Positions 49,033 through 57,142 of a DNA stretch of 64,000 nt are shown here, in pieces. A program made the position numbers and the translations under genes. A model generated the notes under the pieces. It was not told where the DNA came from. It saw nothing but the letters and a program-made list of their open reading frames with translations, and did no database searches. The stretch comes from a virus. The DNA lies in the IMG/VR virus record IMGVR_UViG_3300042891_001180. One strand, 5' to 3'. Position 1 is the stretch's first letter, and each line of letters starts with the position of its first letter.

Positions 49033-49577
49033 CTAAAGAAAATAAAAAAGAAGAAAAAGTACAGAAGAAACCAGATGAAGATTGGATGACCAAGAAATGG
49101 CGTCCAATGATGGCAATTATGTATATGACATGTTGTCTTATGGATTTTGCGATATTTCCAATTATGTTTACCATTGTTCAGTTCTGGGAAACAGCTATAC
49201 AAAATGATGCATTTAGACAATGGGTTCCTATTACGTTACAGGGCGGTGGTTTGTTCCACGTAGCCATGGGTGCCGTTCTAGGTGTTTCAGCTTACGGTCG
49301 TACGCAAGAAAAGGTAGCAGGAGCATCGAATGTCTCAACCAGTTTCCAAGGAGGCGGGGTACCAACTCCTAACCTATCTTCGTCAGTACCGTCATTCTCA
49401 GGCGGTGGGTTTAACTCTCCACAGCAATCACCAGGCTTTGGAGCACCCCAGAGTCAATCATTCGGTTCATCCCAGTCCTATAATACTACAGAAACTGTAA
49501 CTGAATTTAGCATGAGTCCTGCTCCTACATCGGCACCCGGTGGAAGAAGACCCGTTACTCCTAACTTCAACGTATAA
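49029..49577 (+). CDS. Holin-like membrane protein
   Basis: KWRP.M...Y, two hydrophobic segments, GAVLG.SAYGRTQEK; low-complexity C-terminal tail. Confidence 0.6.
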   Translation: MTKENKKEEKVQKKPDEDWMTKKWRPMMAIMYMTCCLMDFAIFPIMFTIVQFWETAIQNDAFRQWVPITLQGGGLFHVAMGAVLGVSAYGRTQEKVAGASNVSTSFQGGGVPTPNLSSSVPSFSGGGFNSPQQSPGFGAPQSQSFGSSQSYNTTETVTEFSMSPAPTSAPGGRRPVTPNFNV

Positions 49578-51388
49578 TGCAATCTCCAACAGCATCTGAT
49601 CCTAGCTTTAAAGCGTTTCTGGAGAAACTTCAGGAACAGAATTCTCGTAGTTTTATTACTCAGCTTATTCAGCTTAAGGCGGAAAGAGAAATTGCTGGTG
49701 AAGATAATGATAAGAGAGAAGAGCAGCTGGATGAAGTAATTAAATCTCTTAATAATTTAAGGACTGCAGTTACAGGTATTAATATAGAAATTAATATTAA
49801 ACCACTGGTTGATATCGGTGAAAATCAAACTAGACTATTAGAAGAATTATCAAGAGAAGCATCTCTAACTCGTAAACTTACTGAGGGTAGTGTCGAGTAT
49901 GATAAGGAAGCAGCTCAGTATAGGAATACCAGCGGTCGTGATATTGAAAGTAAAGTTTCCGGTAAGACATCTAAGAGCGGTGGTTTTATAGATTTTGAAA
50001 CTGCAAGAGATACCTTATCAGGTCAAGGTAAGAGGGTCAGGGAGGATAATGCCTTTGATTTAAAACCTATAAATTATACTCCTGGTAAAGTAGTAGCATC
50101 TACTGTAAAGGGATCTGGAATACCGGTCTCTAAAACAGTGAAAGAAGAAGAGAATCAAGATCGTAGTTTATTAGATGCAATAAAAGACAGTATAAATTTT
50201 GTTTTAACTGATGGTTTATCTGAAAAAACTGGTTATGATATTTTTAAGACTCCATCGAAGGATGTAGCTAAAAAAGAAAGAGAAGCTAAAGTATCTAGCC
50301 CAAGACAAGAAAACCCTGAAGCAGATAATATTAATACTACAGGTGAAATACAGGCAGATGTAGCTAAAAGCGATCTTGAGTTATCTAAACAGATGTTAGA
50401 TACAACAAGAGAGCAACTTACTGTATTAAAAGAAATAAGAGATGCTCTGGCCCCTACTACTCCTAAAGAGTTAACAGAACAAAAAAGCTCGGCTACCCCA
50501 AGCAAAGAAAAAGATGAGGATTCAACAGATTCTGGTACACTTTTACCAGATATAGATTTACCAGATCGCAGAAGACCTACTCGCAGAGCTCCACGTACAG
50601 GTACCCCTAAGCCTTCAAAGGTAGGTCTTGGATTAAAGATAGGAGGCGCGCTTGCTATTGGAGCAGGCGCCTATACTGCTTATACTGGTATTTCAGAGGC
50701 TGAGGATAGTAAGCAGGCCAAGCTTGAAGAAGTTCAGGCTCAAGTAGATGCAGGTAGTATTAAACCAGAAGAGGCTGCAATACAAAGAAAAGAGATCGGC
50801 AATACAGCTACTATTGAAAAGAGTGGAGCAGTCGGTGAAGGTACAGGGCTTGCAGGAGGAGCAATTGCAGGTGGTGTAGCTGGTGCAAAATTAGGAGCTA
50901 CCGTAGGTACTTTCTTTGGACCAGGTATAGGTACAGCAATAGGCGCAGGTGTTGGAGGTTTAGCCGGTGGTGCTCTAGGGGCTTTCGCAGGATCAGGTGC
51001 AGGTAAGTATGTAGGTGAAGCTATTGGCGGTGGTATAAACACAGCTAAGAATTTCTTTAGTGGAGGTGATTATAAACAGCCTGTTAATATTACCCCATCT
51101 ACAGTACAAGGGGTAAGTGCTGAAGAAGCAGCCAGGGTAAGAAGTAATTACGCCACGGTAGATCCAAGAAGAGTAGATTTAGCAGGTAAAAATGTAAATC
51201 AAACTTCTACGGAAAATAGAGATATGGAAAGAGACGTAAGCGGTAAAGGCGGAGCTAATAATACCATTGTGTCTAATAACGTCAGTAGTAACAATACAAC
51301 TAAATTTGTCCCAATGAAAGCTAATCCTAGACCTGAGTATACCGGGTCTTCTCTAGATCGATATACAAACCGTATAACGGTTTATTAA
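49577..51388 (+). CDS. Putative tape measure protein (gp29-like)
   Basis: 603 aa, helical N-terminus, Gly/Ala-rich hydrophobic zipper, NNTIVSNNV C-terminus; follows gp26/gp51. Confidence 0.6.
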   Translation: MQSPTASDPSFKAFLEKLQEQNSRSFITQLIQLKAEREIAGEDNDKREEQLDEVIKSLNNLRTAVTGINIEINIKPLVDIGENQTRLLEELSREASLTRKLTEGSVEYDKEAAQYRNTSGRDIESKVSGKTSKSGGFIDFETARDTLSGQGKRVREDNAFDLKPINYTPGKVVASTVKGSGIPVSKTVKEEENQDRSLLDAIKDSINFVLTDGLSEKTGYDIFKTPSKDVAKKEREAKVSSPRQENPEADNINTTGEIQADVAKSDLELSKQMLDTTREQLTVLKEIRDALAPTTPKELTEQKSSATPSKEKDEDSTDSGTLLPDIDLPDRRRPTRRAPRTGTPKPSKVGLGLKIGGALAIGAGAYTAYTGISEAEDSKQAKLEEVQAQVDAGSIKPEEAAIQRKEIGNTATIEKSGAVGEGTGLAGGAIAGGVAGAKLGATVGTFFGPGIGTAIGAGVGGLAGGALGAFAGSGAGKYVGEAIGGGINTAKNFFSGGDYKQPVNITPSTVQGVSAEEAARVRSNYATVDPRRVDLAGKNVNQTSTENRDMERDVSGKGGANNTIVSNNVSSNNTTKFVPMKANPRPEYTGSSLDRYTNRITVY

Positions 51389-51389
51389 T

Positions 51390-51418
51390 AAAAAAGGGGC
51401 ATTTTAAGCCCCTTTTCT
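51390..51418. terminator. Bidirectional terminator between convergent operons
   Basis: AAAAAAGGGGC-ATTTTAA-GCCCCTTTT. Confidence 0.85.
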
Positions 51419-51613
51419 TTACTTCTTTTCAGCTGGCTTATCTGCCGGCTTTGCTGCAGGCTTTTCAGCCTTCTTTTCAGCAGGCTTCTTCTCCGCCTTC
51501 TTTACTACGTGACAGCCATCTGCTTCCGTCTGACCTTCTTTACAAGGTTTCTTTGGAGCCGCATAAGCACTAAGTGCAAATACAGAAATACAAACTACTA
51601 GAAATTTTTTCAT
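51419..51613 (-). CDS. Small secreted Lys/Pro/Ala-rich protein
   Basis: Signal peptide ending AYA; Cys pair; KPAE/KPAA repeats. Confidence 0.7.
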   Translation of the reverse strand: MKKFLVVCISVFALSAYAAPKKPCKEGQTEADGCHVVKKAEKKPAEKKAEKPAAKPADKPAEKK

Positions 51614-51621
51614 CTTAATCC

Positions 51622-52515
51622 TTAGTCGTCATTTGCCAGTTTGGCAAAGTATGAAAGAGAATCATCTGCATCGTCGAAATCAGCCTTGGGCTTGGCGGCA
51701 GGCTTTGCTGCAACCGGCTTAGGCATATCTTCTTCAAGGCTTGTGACTTCAGCACGGGGTGCAGATGCACCTGTTGCAGCCAGAACCATTTGAAGCTTTG
51801 CTTTCAACTCGTCATATGACTTAAAGTTTTTAGGATCCACAAACTCAGCTAATGAGTGTTGCTTCTTCCAGATTGACTCCATTTGATCGTCATCTGCCAA
51901 AGGTGTTGCTGAATCAAATTCAGACTTATCGTAGTTGCGATAACCTTCAACATTACGAATCTTAAGTTTAAAGTTAGCACCCTTCCAGAAGTCGAAAGGA
52001 TTAACTGGATCCTCGTCCTCAAATTGAGGTTGCATCACATCCTTGATCTTATCAAAGATCTTCTTACCAAACTTATACAGCTTAACTGTACCTTCGTTCT
52101 CAGGGTGTGCAGGATCTTTAACCACGTAGATATTAGCAACATAGGTTAGGCGACGTTTTTGCTTACGTACCAGATCTTTGTTAGCCTCGATACCAGAATT
52201 CCACAACTCAGTATTGAGTTCAGAAACAGGATCGGCTTTACCCAGGGTTGTAAGAGAGTTCTCGATGTACCACTTACCTGTAGGGCCTTGGAAGCCATGG
52301 TTCCAAATACGAACCCAGGGTAGCTCTTCACCTGCTGATGGTGGTAGGAATCGAATGACAGCGTAGCCGTTACCAGCTTTATCTACTTCCGGTTGCCAGA
52401 AGCGGTCATCTTTTGCGTTGTCTTGAGTCTGGGGTGTTGCAATCTTTTCGACTTCTTTCATCAGCTTGTCGAAGCCACCGGTACTCTTCTTCATAGAATT
52501 AAAATCTAATGCCAT
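51622..52515 (-). CDS. gp32: Single-stranded DNA-binding protein
   Basis: DDRFW, GNGYAVIRFLP, WYIENSLTT, FGKKIFDK, FDFWKGANFKLK, SYFAKLA. Confidence 0.97.
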   Translation of the reverse strand: MALDFNSMKKSTGGFDKLMKEVEKIATPQTQDNAKDDRFWQPEVDKAGNGYAVIRFLPPSAGEELPWVRIWNHGFQGPTGKWYIENSLTTLGKADPVSELNTELWNSGIEANKDLVRKQKRRLTYVANIYVVKDPAHPENEGTVKLYKFGKKIFDKIKDVMQPQFEDEDPVNPFDFWKGANFKLKIRNVEGYRNYDKSEFDSATPLADDDQMESIWKKQHSLAEFVDPKNFKSYDELKAKLQMVLAATGASAPRAEVTSLEEDMPKPVAAKPAAKPKADFDDADDSLSYFAKLANDD

Positions 52516-52562
52516 AATTTTCTCCTTGTATGCGTAGTATAGCGTTGTATTAGTGTTGTATT
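52516..52562 (-). promoter_or_regulatory. Repetitive unstructured leader of gp32 (candidate autogenous operator)
   Basis: ATACAACACTA-ATACAACGCT-ATACTACGC-ATACAAGGAG. Confidence 0.55.
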
Positions 52563-52566
52563 TTTA

Positions 52567-52746
52567 TTATTCTTCATCATCTAGATCATCATAATTATCT
52601 ACTTCACCGTTATTAAGATCGGGACTTTCGTCCTCCTCTTCTAACATATTATATATGCTCTTCCGATATTTGCCACTCTTATCGACACCTTTAGTAACCT
52701 TACGTACCTTCTTGTCGTAATCTACTTCAAAATTTTTACGTTTCAT
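52567..52746 (-). CDS. Hypothetical protein, basic N-terminus and acidic C-terminus
   Basis: Start moved to MKRKNF at 52746. Confidence 0.6.
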   Translation of the reverse strand: MKRKNFEVDYDKKVRKVTKGVDKSGKYRKSIYNMLEEEDESPDLNNGEVDNYDDLDDEE

Positions 52747-52954
52747 CTCTGTTACTGTCAACTGCAATAAACGGCCAGGCTGAAATACGTTTCGTAATTT
52801 CGGACTGGTGATGTGCAAGTTTAATCAAATATCGTTGGGTTTCTCTAATATGTTCGGACAGCTCCGTCATGCTGTCTTGCATGATACAAATAGACTTTTC
52901 AATCTCCGTGATACGGGCGTCAGAAAGGTCCAATTGCTCTTCGGTAAATTTCAT
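52736..52954 (-). CDS. Hypothetical coiled-coil protein
   Basis: ORF in operon. Confidence 0.6.
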   Translation of the reverse strand: MKFTEEQLDLSDARITEIEKSICIMQDSMTELSEHIRETQRYLIKLAHHQSEITKRISAWPFIAVDSNRDET

Positions 52955-53528
52955 TGTACTTGTCTTTTTTAATTTCTAGAAAAGGTGAATACTTCTTGAT
53001 AATTCTTGATGTATCCGGCCAGACTAAATCATCTTTCAGATCCTGATCTAACTGATCAGTAAAATTATTTAGCTTATTCAGGATTACAAGAGTCTCAATT
53101 GAGATATCGTTCCGAAGATACATTTTTACAATAGGTGGGTGTTGCCCATTATTGCATTCGAAGAGACCGTCAAAGGTAATATTGTTCTTATCAGCAAACA
53201 ATACAGCTTTATCTAGTTCTTTTTTAAACGTATATGAGATAGATTCTATACGCTTCTTCCATCCTTGGTAACGGTCTTTGGCTTCTACGTCAAATACACC
53301 GCCCCATCTATCACCGGACACAAAATTGGCTACCAAGAAGTCTACAATATCTTTATCCGAATAGGTTTCAGCAACACGGCGAATAGCTAAAAGATCTTTA
53401 CGTTTAAAGAAAGAGTTCTTGGTAGCACGAACTCGCCCTTTTTGTTCAATCACATTATAATTGTCTGTCGTAAAATGCAGGCGTAATGCCAAATAATAAC
53501 GATAAACTTCAAATGGTTCCATAATCAT
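52920..53528 (-). CDS. gp59: Helicase loader
   Basis: Y..YLAL.LHFT...Y, F.KRKD, FLVANF, HPPI...YL...IS.ETL, KYSPFL. Confidence 0.9.
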   Translation of the reverse strand: MIMEPFEVYRYYLALRLHFTTDNYNVIEQKGRVRATKNSFFKRKDLLAIRRVAETYSDKDIVDFLVANFVSGDRWGGVFDVEAKDRYQGWKKRIESISYTFKKELDKAVLFADKNNITFDGLFECNNGQHPPIVKMYLRNDISIETLVILNKLNNFTDQLDQDLKDDLVWPDTSRIIKKYSPFLEIKKDKYNEIYRRAIGPF

Positions 53529-53788
53529 ACAGGTAAGTGACCTCGGGGTTTAATCATGTTAGCCTGTTCAGCCTCCATTTGAATCTTCTCTCGAAGCTTC
53601 TGATTAATCAATGAACCGATACTATCAATATCGATTTCTTTTTCATTACAATAATTAATGACTGCATCCATATAGGTTATCTTAAATGCCGATACCTGCT
53701 CATCAATGTATAAACTAAACTCAGTAGGAGATCTAAATCGTTTAGTAATTACAAGAGCATCAGTCAGTTGTTCGTTTTCGTCCGTCAT
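53525..53788 (-). CDS. gp33: Late transcription co-activator
   Basis: FS..I, YMDAV..YC....ID......LI...L.EKI..EA...N, LPV. Confidence 0.9.
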   Translation of the reverse strand: MTDENEQLTDALVITKRFRSPTEFSLYIDEQVSAFKITYMDAVINYCNEKEIDIDSIGSLINQKLREKIQMEAEQANMIKPRGHLPV

Positions 53789-54093
53789 ACAAAGTAAATA
53801 AGGCCTAGCAATACTGCTTGAATGGCGAAACCAAATCCAATTGTCACTACCATCAGCATATCTTTAAGTATAGCTGATTTCACAAAATAAAGCAATAGCC
53901 CCGTCCACAACATCAGGGTAATATCTAAAGGAGGCATCTTATCTGTTGCACCTGCCATAACGGCAATAAAGCCTGGAATAGTTGCACCGATTAATACCAC
54001 AACACTAATCCATGCAAACGTATCAGCTGTAGCTTTAGTAAAGCCTTCAAAGTAAGAGAATACTTGATTCTTTAATTGGTTAAATTTTTCCAT
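53785..54093 (-). CDS. Membrane protein, about 3 TM segments
   Basis: Hydrophobic segments; start at 54093 after GGAG. Confidence 0.7.
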   Translation of the reverse strand: MEKFNQLKNQVFSYFEGFTKATADTFAWISVVVLIGATIPGFIAVMAGATDKMPPLDITLMLWTGLLLYFVKSAILKDMLMVVTIGFGFAIQAVLLGLIYFV

Positions 54094-54622
54094 TTTTCTC
54101 ACCGTAAAATATATGACGACCGATTTGACTGATTTTTGGAAGATTCCAATTAGGATTTACATAATCGGCATGATAGTACATTGCCTTATGCATTGAAGGT
54201 AATCTAAAGTTCTCTAGAAGTACTTTCTTAGCCACCTCCATTGACTCTCTATAATGAGCATTAGATCTTACCTTAGGACCACTTTCACAGTACCATGAGA
54301 ACTGACAAATGACTCTACCGTAAACTACGTTCTTCTGATATACTACGTTACAGATATCAGATGGAAACTTACCTGACTCTGCCCGATTTATTGTAACTTG
54401 TGCTACTGCAACCTTACCTTCAAAGGGCTCTGTAGCCGCCTCGTGATAGATGTTCTTTGCAAGACAAGTTAACTGTCTGTCTCTTTCCTCCATTGTGATT
54501 GGGGTACCATTATACTGCTTAGTATTATGATATTGGATTCTACTGGCGGTAAATTTGGTAACTAAAAATACCATCAATACCACAAGACCTATTTTTAAAA
54601 ATAGATTAAAAGCTTTTACCAT
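54080..54622 (-). CDS. Cell-wall hydrolase (SleB / Hydrolase_2)
   Basis: CLAKNIYHEA..E...GK.AVAQVT.NR, IC.VVYQ, CQFSW, YYHADYV.P.W, IG.HIFY; N-terminal anchor. Confidence 0.9.
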   Translation of the reverse strand: MVKAFNLFLKIGLVVLMVFLVTKFTASRIQYHNTKQYNGTPITMEERDRQLTCLAKNIYHEAATEPFEGKVAVAQVTINRAESGKFPSDICNVVYQKNVVYGRVICQFSWYCESGPKVRSNAHYRESMEVAKKVLLENFRLPSMHKAMYYHADYVNPNWNLPKISQIGRHIFYGEKNGKI

Positions 54623-54639
54623 TGGTTTTCCTTATTAAG

Positions 54640-54666
54640 GAGGCTCCTGAGTTAACAAGAGCCCCT
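54640..54666 (-). other. Stable intergenic hairpin without a U-tract
   Basis: GGGGCTCTTG-N6-CAGGAGCCTC. Confidence 0.45.
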
Positions 54667-54675
54667 ACCTTCAGA

Positions 54676-54948
54676 TTACTTCTTACTAATAGTCTTAATG
54701 TTATCTTGAGGGATGTTAGAAACAAAACCATTCAAGACCTGAGCCTTGGCAATAATTTCAGTTTCTGAGGGATAGGCTGGATAGCCTGGATGCTCTGGAG
54801 GTGTCTGGCCGGCATGTTTTGCCGTCTCTACCTTTGTGGCCCAGTCGTTAGATATTACTTCGCGCTTACCGTAGTAGTCGTCACCAAGCATATCTTTGGC
54901 CATTTTGAGAAGTTCGAGACGAATCTCGAAGGGGGTCATGTTACTCAT
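54676..54948 (-). CDS. Conserved T4-like hypothetical protein
   Basis: TPFEIRLELLKMA, YPSE.EII.KA..LN.FVS; AAGGAG RBS. Confidence 0.8.
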   Translation of the reverse strand: MSNMTPFEIRLELLKMAKDMLGDDYYGKREVISNDWATKVETAKHAGQTPPEHPGYPAYPSETEIIAKAQVLNGFVSNIPQDNIKTISKK

Positions 54949-54977
54949 AATAATCTCCTTTGTGTGTATGAGTGTTA

Positions 54978-55322
54978 AAGATGGTAGGTTATTCTGTTAC
55001 GAGGAAACCTACCGAAACCCTAAGCAGTGTTTAGGCTGCTAATGCGAACTTTGAGTCGTTTGCGTTTACTTTTGTTTAGTGTTAACGACAACTCTGTCGG
55101 ATCGTCCATCTTTATACTTATTGCCCTGTCGAATCTAAAACAGGCCCATCATAAAGACTCTTCCATGCGTTATGTGCTTCGAAATAACTTAACCAAACAC
55201 AATGCTCACATGCTCTACCACAACATGTCGTTGGTGGTATTGGTTCTAAGACCTTATGGTGGACCTGAAGGGATTTGCACCCTTGTCCAGAACTACTTTC
55301 GATTAACTTCATACGATCATAA
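54978..55322 (-). ncRNA. ssrA: Circularly permuted two-piece tmRNA: acceptor piece ~55322-55257, intervening segment 55256-55148, coding piece 55147-~54978
   Basis: GGGCCUG/CAGGUCC-A-CCA stem with G3.U70; T-arm AAGGG-UGCAAAU-CCCUU; AGAUUCGAC; tag ANDSKFALAA* at 55063-55031; inter-piece pairing GAUCGU/ACGAUC. Confidence 0.9.
55118..55312 (-). CDS. Oxidoreductase-like N-terminal-domain (CCGxxCxxCVW) protein nested in the tmRNA precursor
   Basis: EPIPPTTCCGRACEHCVWLSY.E....W confined to the tmRNA intervening segment; no SD seen. Confidence 0.5.
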   Translation of the reverse strand: MKLIESSSGQGCKSLQVHHKVLEPIPPTTCCGRACEHCVWLSYFEAHNAWKSLYDGPVLDSTGQ

Positions 55323-55342
55323 TCTTATTTAGGCGACCTAAT

Positions 55343-55392
55343 TCTCAACCGCCCACATATGGATTATACATGCTAGGCAACAACTAATCCAC
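55343..55392 (-). repeat. Copy 2 of the dispersed 50-bp element, immediately upstream of the tmRNA
   Basis: GTGGATTAGTTGTTGCCTAGCATGTATAATCCATATGTGGGCGGTTGAGA. Confidence 0.8.
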
Positions 55393-56041
55393 TCTTTCTT
55401 TCATATAGGTCCCGAAAGTACATTAGCCTCTTTACATGGGTATTTCTACGTTCAACAAACACCTGGGGCTCTTCATCATCTACTGCAATTGCAACCACGG
55501 TTTGAGCAACCGGGATCTTAAACTGCTCTTCAAACATAATGGCATATGCCGAACATTGCATAAAGTAATTCTCAATATCTTTACTATCTTTGAGTCGTTT
55601 AGAAGTCTTAAAGTCAATAACAGATAATACCCCATCAAATTCTGCTACACAATCTACGGTACCAGCAATACGCAAATGATCAGAGTACATACGTAACTCT
55701 TGAGCATAAACGTTATTAATACGATGAAGAGTAGGTTTAAATTTATTAAACAGTTCTTGATCTAGAGGACTCTTAAATGCAGGTACTTTATTATCAATAT
55801 ACTGCTCACACAAAGTATGAATACGGGTACCCCGACCAGACGCCTTTTGTGATATTTTATTAGCTTCTTCTTCACCCACCCTTTTGCGCCACTCCATAAT
55901 ATAACCTATGTTATAAGCGGCAAGAACGGTAGTGATAGAAGGATACTTATTCCCCTCTGGGGTCACATAATACCGTGTACCGTTTTCGTTCAGTTGTTGT
56001 AGTTTGGGGACTTCACGGTCAAGCTTTACATGATTAAACAT
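55373..56041 (-). CDS. PD-(D/E)XK exonuclease
   Basis: YPSITTVL, WR.RVGEEEA, RGT.IH, AGTVDC, IDFKTS, YFMQ..AYA. Confidence 0.9.
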   Translation of the reverse strand: MFNHVKLDREVPKLQQLNENGTRYYVTPEGNKYPSITTVLAAYNIGYIMEWRKRVGEEEANKISQKASGRGTRIHTLCEQYIDNKVPAFKSPLDQELFNKFKPTLHRINNVYAQELRMYSDHLRIAGTVDCVAEFDGVLSVIDFKTSKRLKDSKDIENYFMQCSAYAIMFEEQFKIPVAQTVVAIAVDDEEPQVFVERRNTHVKRLMYFRDLYERKSGLVVA

Positions 56042-56049
56042 ACGTTATT

Positions 56050-56688
56050 TTAATGATGTCCGGATAATACTTCAACTGCGTGGGCGAAATGTTTCTTACG
56101 GTCTTCTAAACCAATAGTACCACCGTTAATCTTTTTAGTCATCATAACGAAGTCGCCAGAATCGGCGTACTGGTTAAGATTGTTCTTATGCCAGAACCAG
56201 CATGCGGAGTGAATAGCGTAATAGGCATCTAAAAGAATATCAGGATTATCTAATAGTGTTTCATCCTGGAACATAAATCTTGAACAATTGCGATAGTTAT
56301 CTTTACCAGTCAATTGAAGGAGCCCTCGGCCTCTGAACTTCCACCCGTCACCAGATGATTCAGGTCCGTTACCCATCCTGCCACCATACGACTTATTGGC
56401 AATAAGTTCGGGCTTACCTGCGTATTGCTCCGCCACTCCAGCTGGGTACCGTTGAGGCCATATCCTCGTCAATGTAGCTGCTTTGTAGTTAAGGTTCTCT
56501 TCTAGCATTGAAAAGCCCCCTGACTCGTGTGCACACTGGGCAATGAAAGAAGCAACTCTTGGTACGGTTGTAATATTGTACTGAGGTAAAGCCTCACACA
56601 TACTTTCATACCAGTCATCAGGTCCCCCTAATGCCCGCGGCAGTAACTCTCTTACATGACTTTCAGTAAATTCGAAATCAAAACTCAT
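56050..56688 (-). CDS. GH19 (chitinase-like) endolysin
   Basis: FIAQCAHESGGF, EENLNY, GDGWKFRGRGLLQLTG, SACWFW, INGG..GL.DR. Confidence 0.9.
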   Translation of the reverse strand: MSFDFEFTESHVRELLPRALGGPDDWYESMCEALPQYNITTVPRVASFIAQCAHESGGFSMLEENLNYKAATLTRIWPQRYPAGVAEQYAGKPELIANKSYGGRMGNGPESSGDGWKFRGRGLLQLTGKDNYRNCSRFMFQDETLLDNPDILLDAYYAIHSACWFWHKNNLNQYADSGDFVMMTKKINGGTIGLEDRKKHFAHAVEVLSGHH

Positions 56689-56689
56689 A

Positions 56690-57118
56690 TTATTCAACCT
56701 TTGTAAAATTTTCTAATTTTTTATTAGTTTTTTTATTAATTATACCGGGTAATACTTGCAGTAGTTTTGTATCAAATTGATCCTTTAATAGCAAAGGAAT
56801 ACAGTCCGGGTCAATAATTTCTTGATCTACTGTTCTAATAGCATGAATACAGTAGCATACAGTATTATCCTCTAAGGCTGTAATCTCATGTACTGATTCT
56901 TTTCTTATAAAGATCATGTTTGGAGCTTTAAACACACTAGAAGCTATAACATTACTACTATCATCATATACATTAACTCTTACCGAACCATGTCCCACCA
57001 GAGTAGCATGATCATAAAGATGCTTATGCCCTTTTTCAATATCACCTTTACTTTTAAAATTCATAGCTCTACAAAAAACATTACTTAGCGCTAGTAGTTT
57101 AATATCTGGGGTACTCAT
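56690..57118 (-). CDS. Cupin-fold protein
   Basis: GHKHLYDH, F.AP..I.I.....H.I.ALED.TV..CIH. Confidence 0.7.
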   Translation of the reverse strand: MSTPDIKLLALSNVFCRAMNFKSKGDIEKGHKHLYDHATLVGHGSVRVNVYDDSSNVIASSVFKAPNMIFIRKESVHEITALEDNTVCYCIHAIRTVDQEIIDPDCIPLLLKDQFDTKLLQVLPGIINKKTNKKLENFTKVE

Positions 57119-57142
57119 TTTTACCTTTCTTATTTAATTTAA

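Noticed and set aside
55257-55290. Stand-alone tRNA gene
   Set aside because: No anticodon or D arm upstream; it is the tmRNA acceptor piece. No tRNA genes were seen in the window
55027-55332. 101-aa plus-strand ORF
   Set aside because: Antisense to the tmRNA, no motif or RBS
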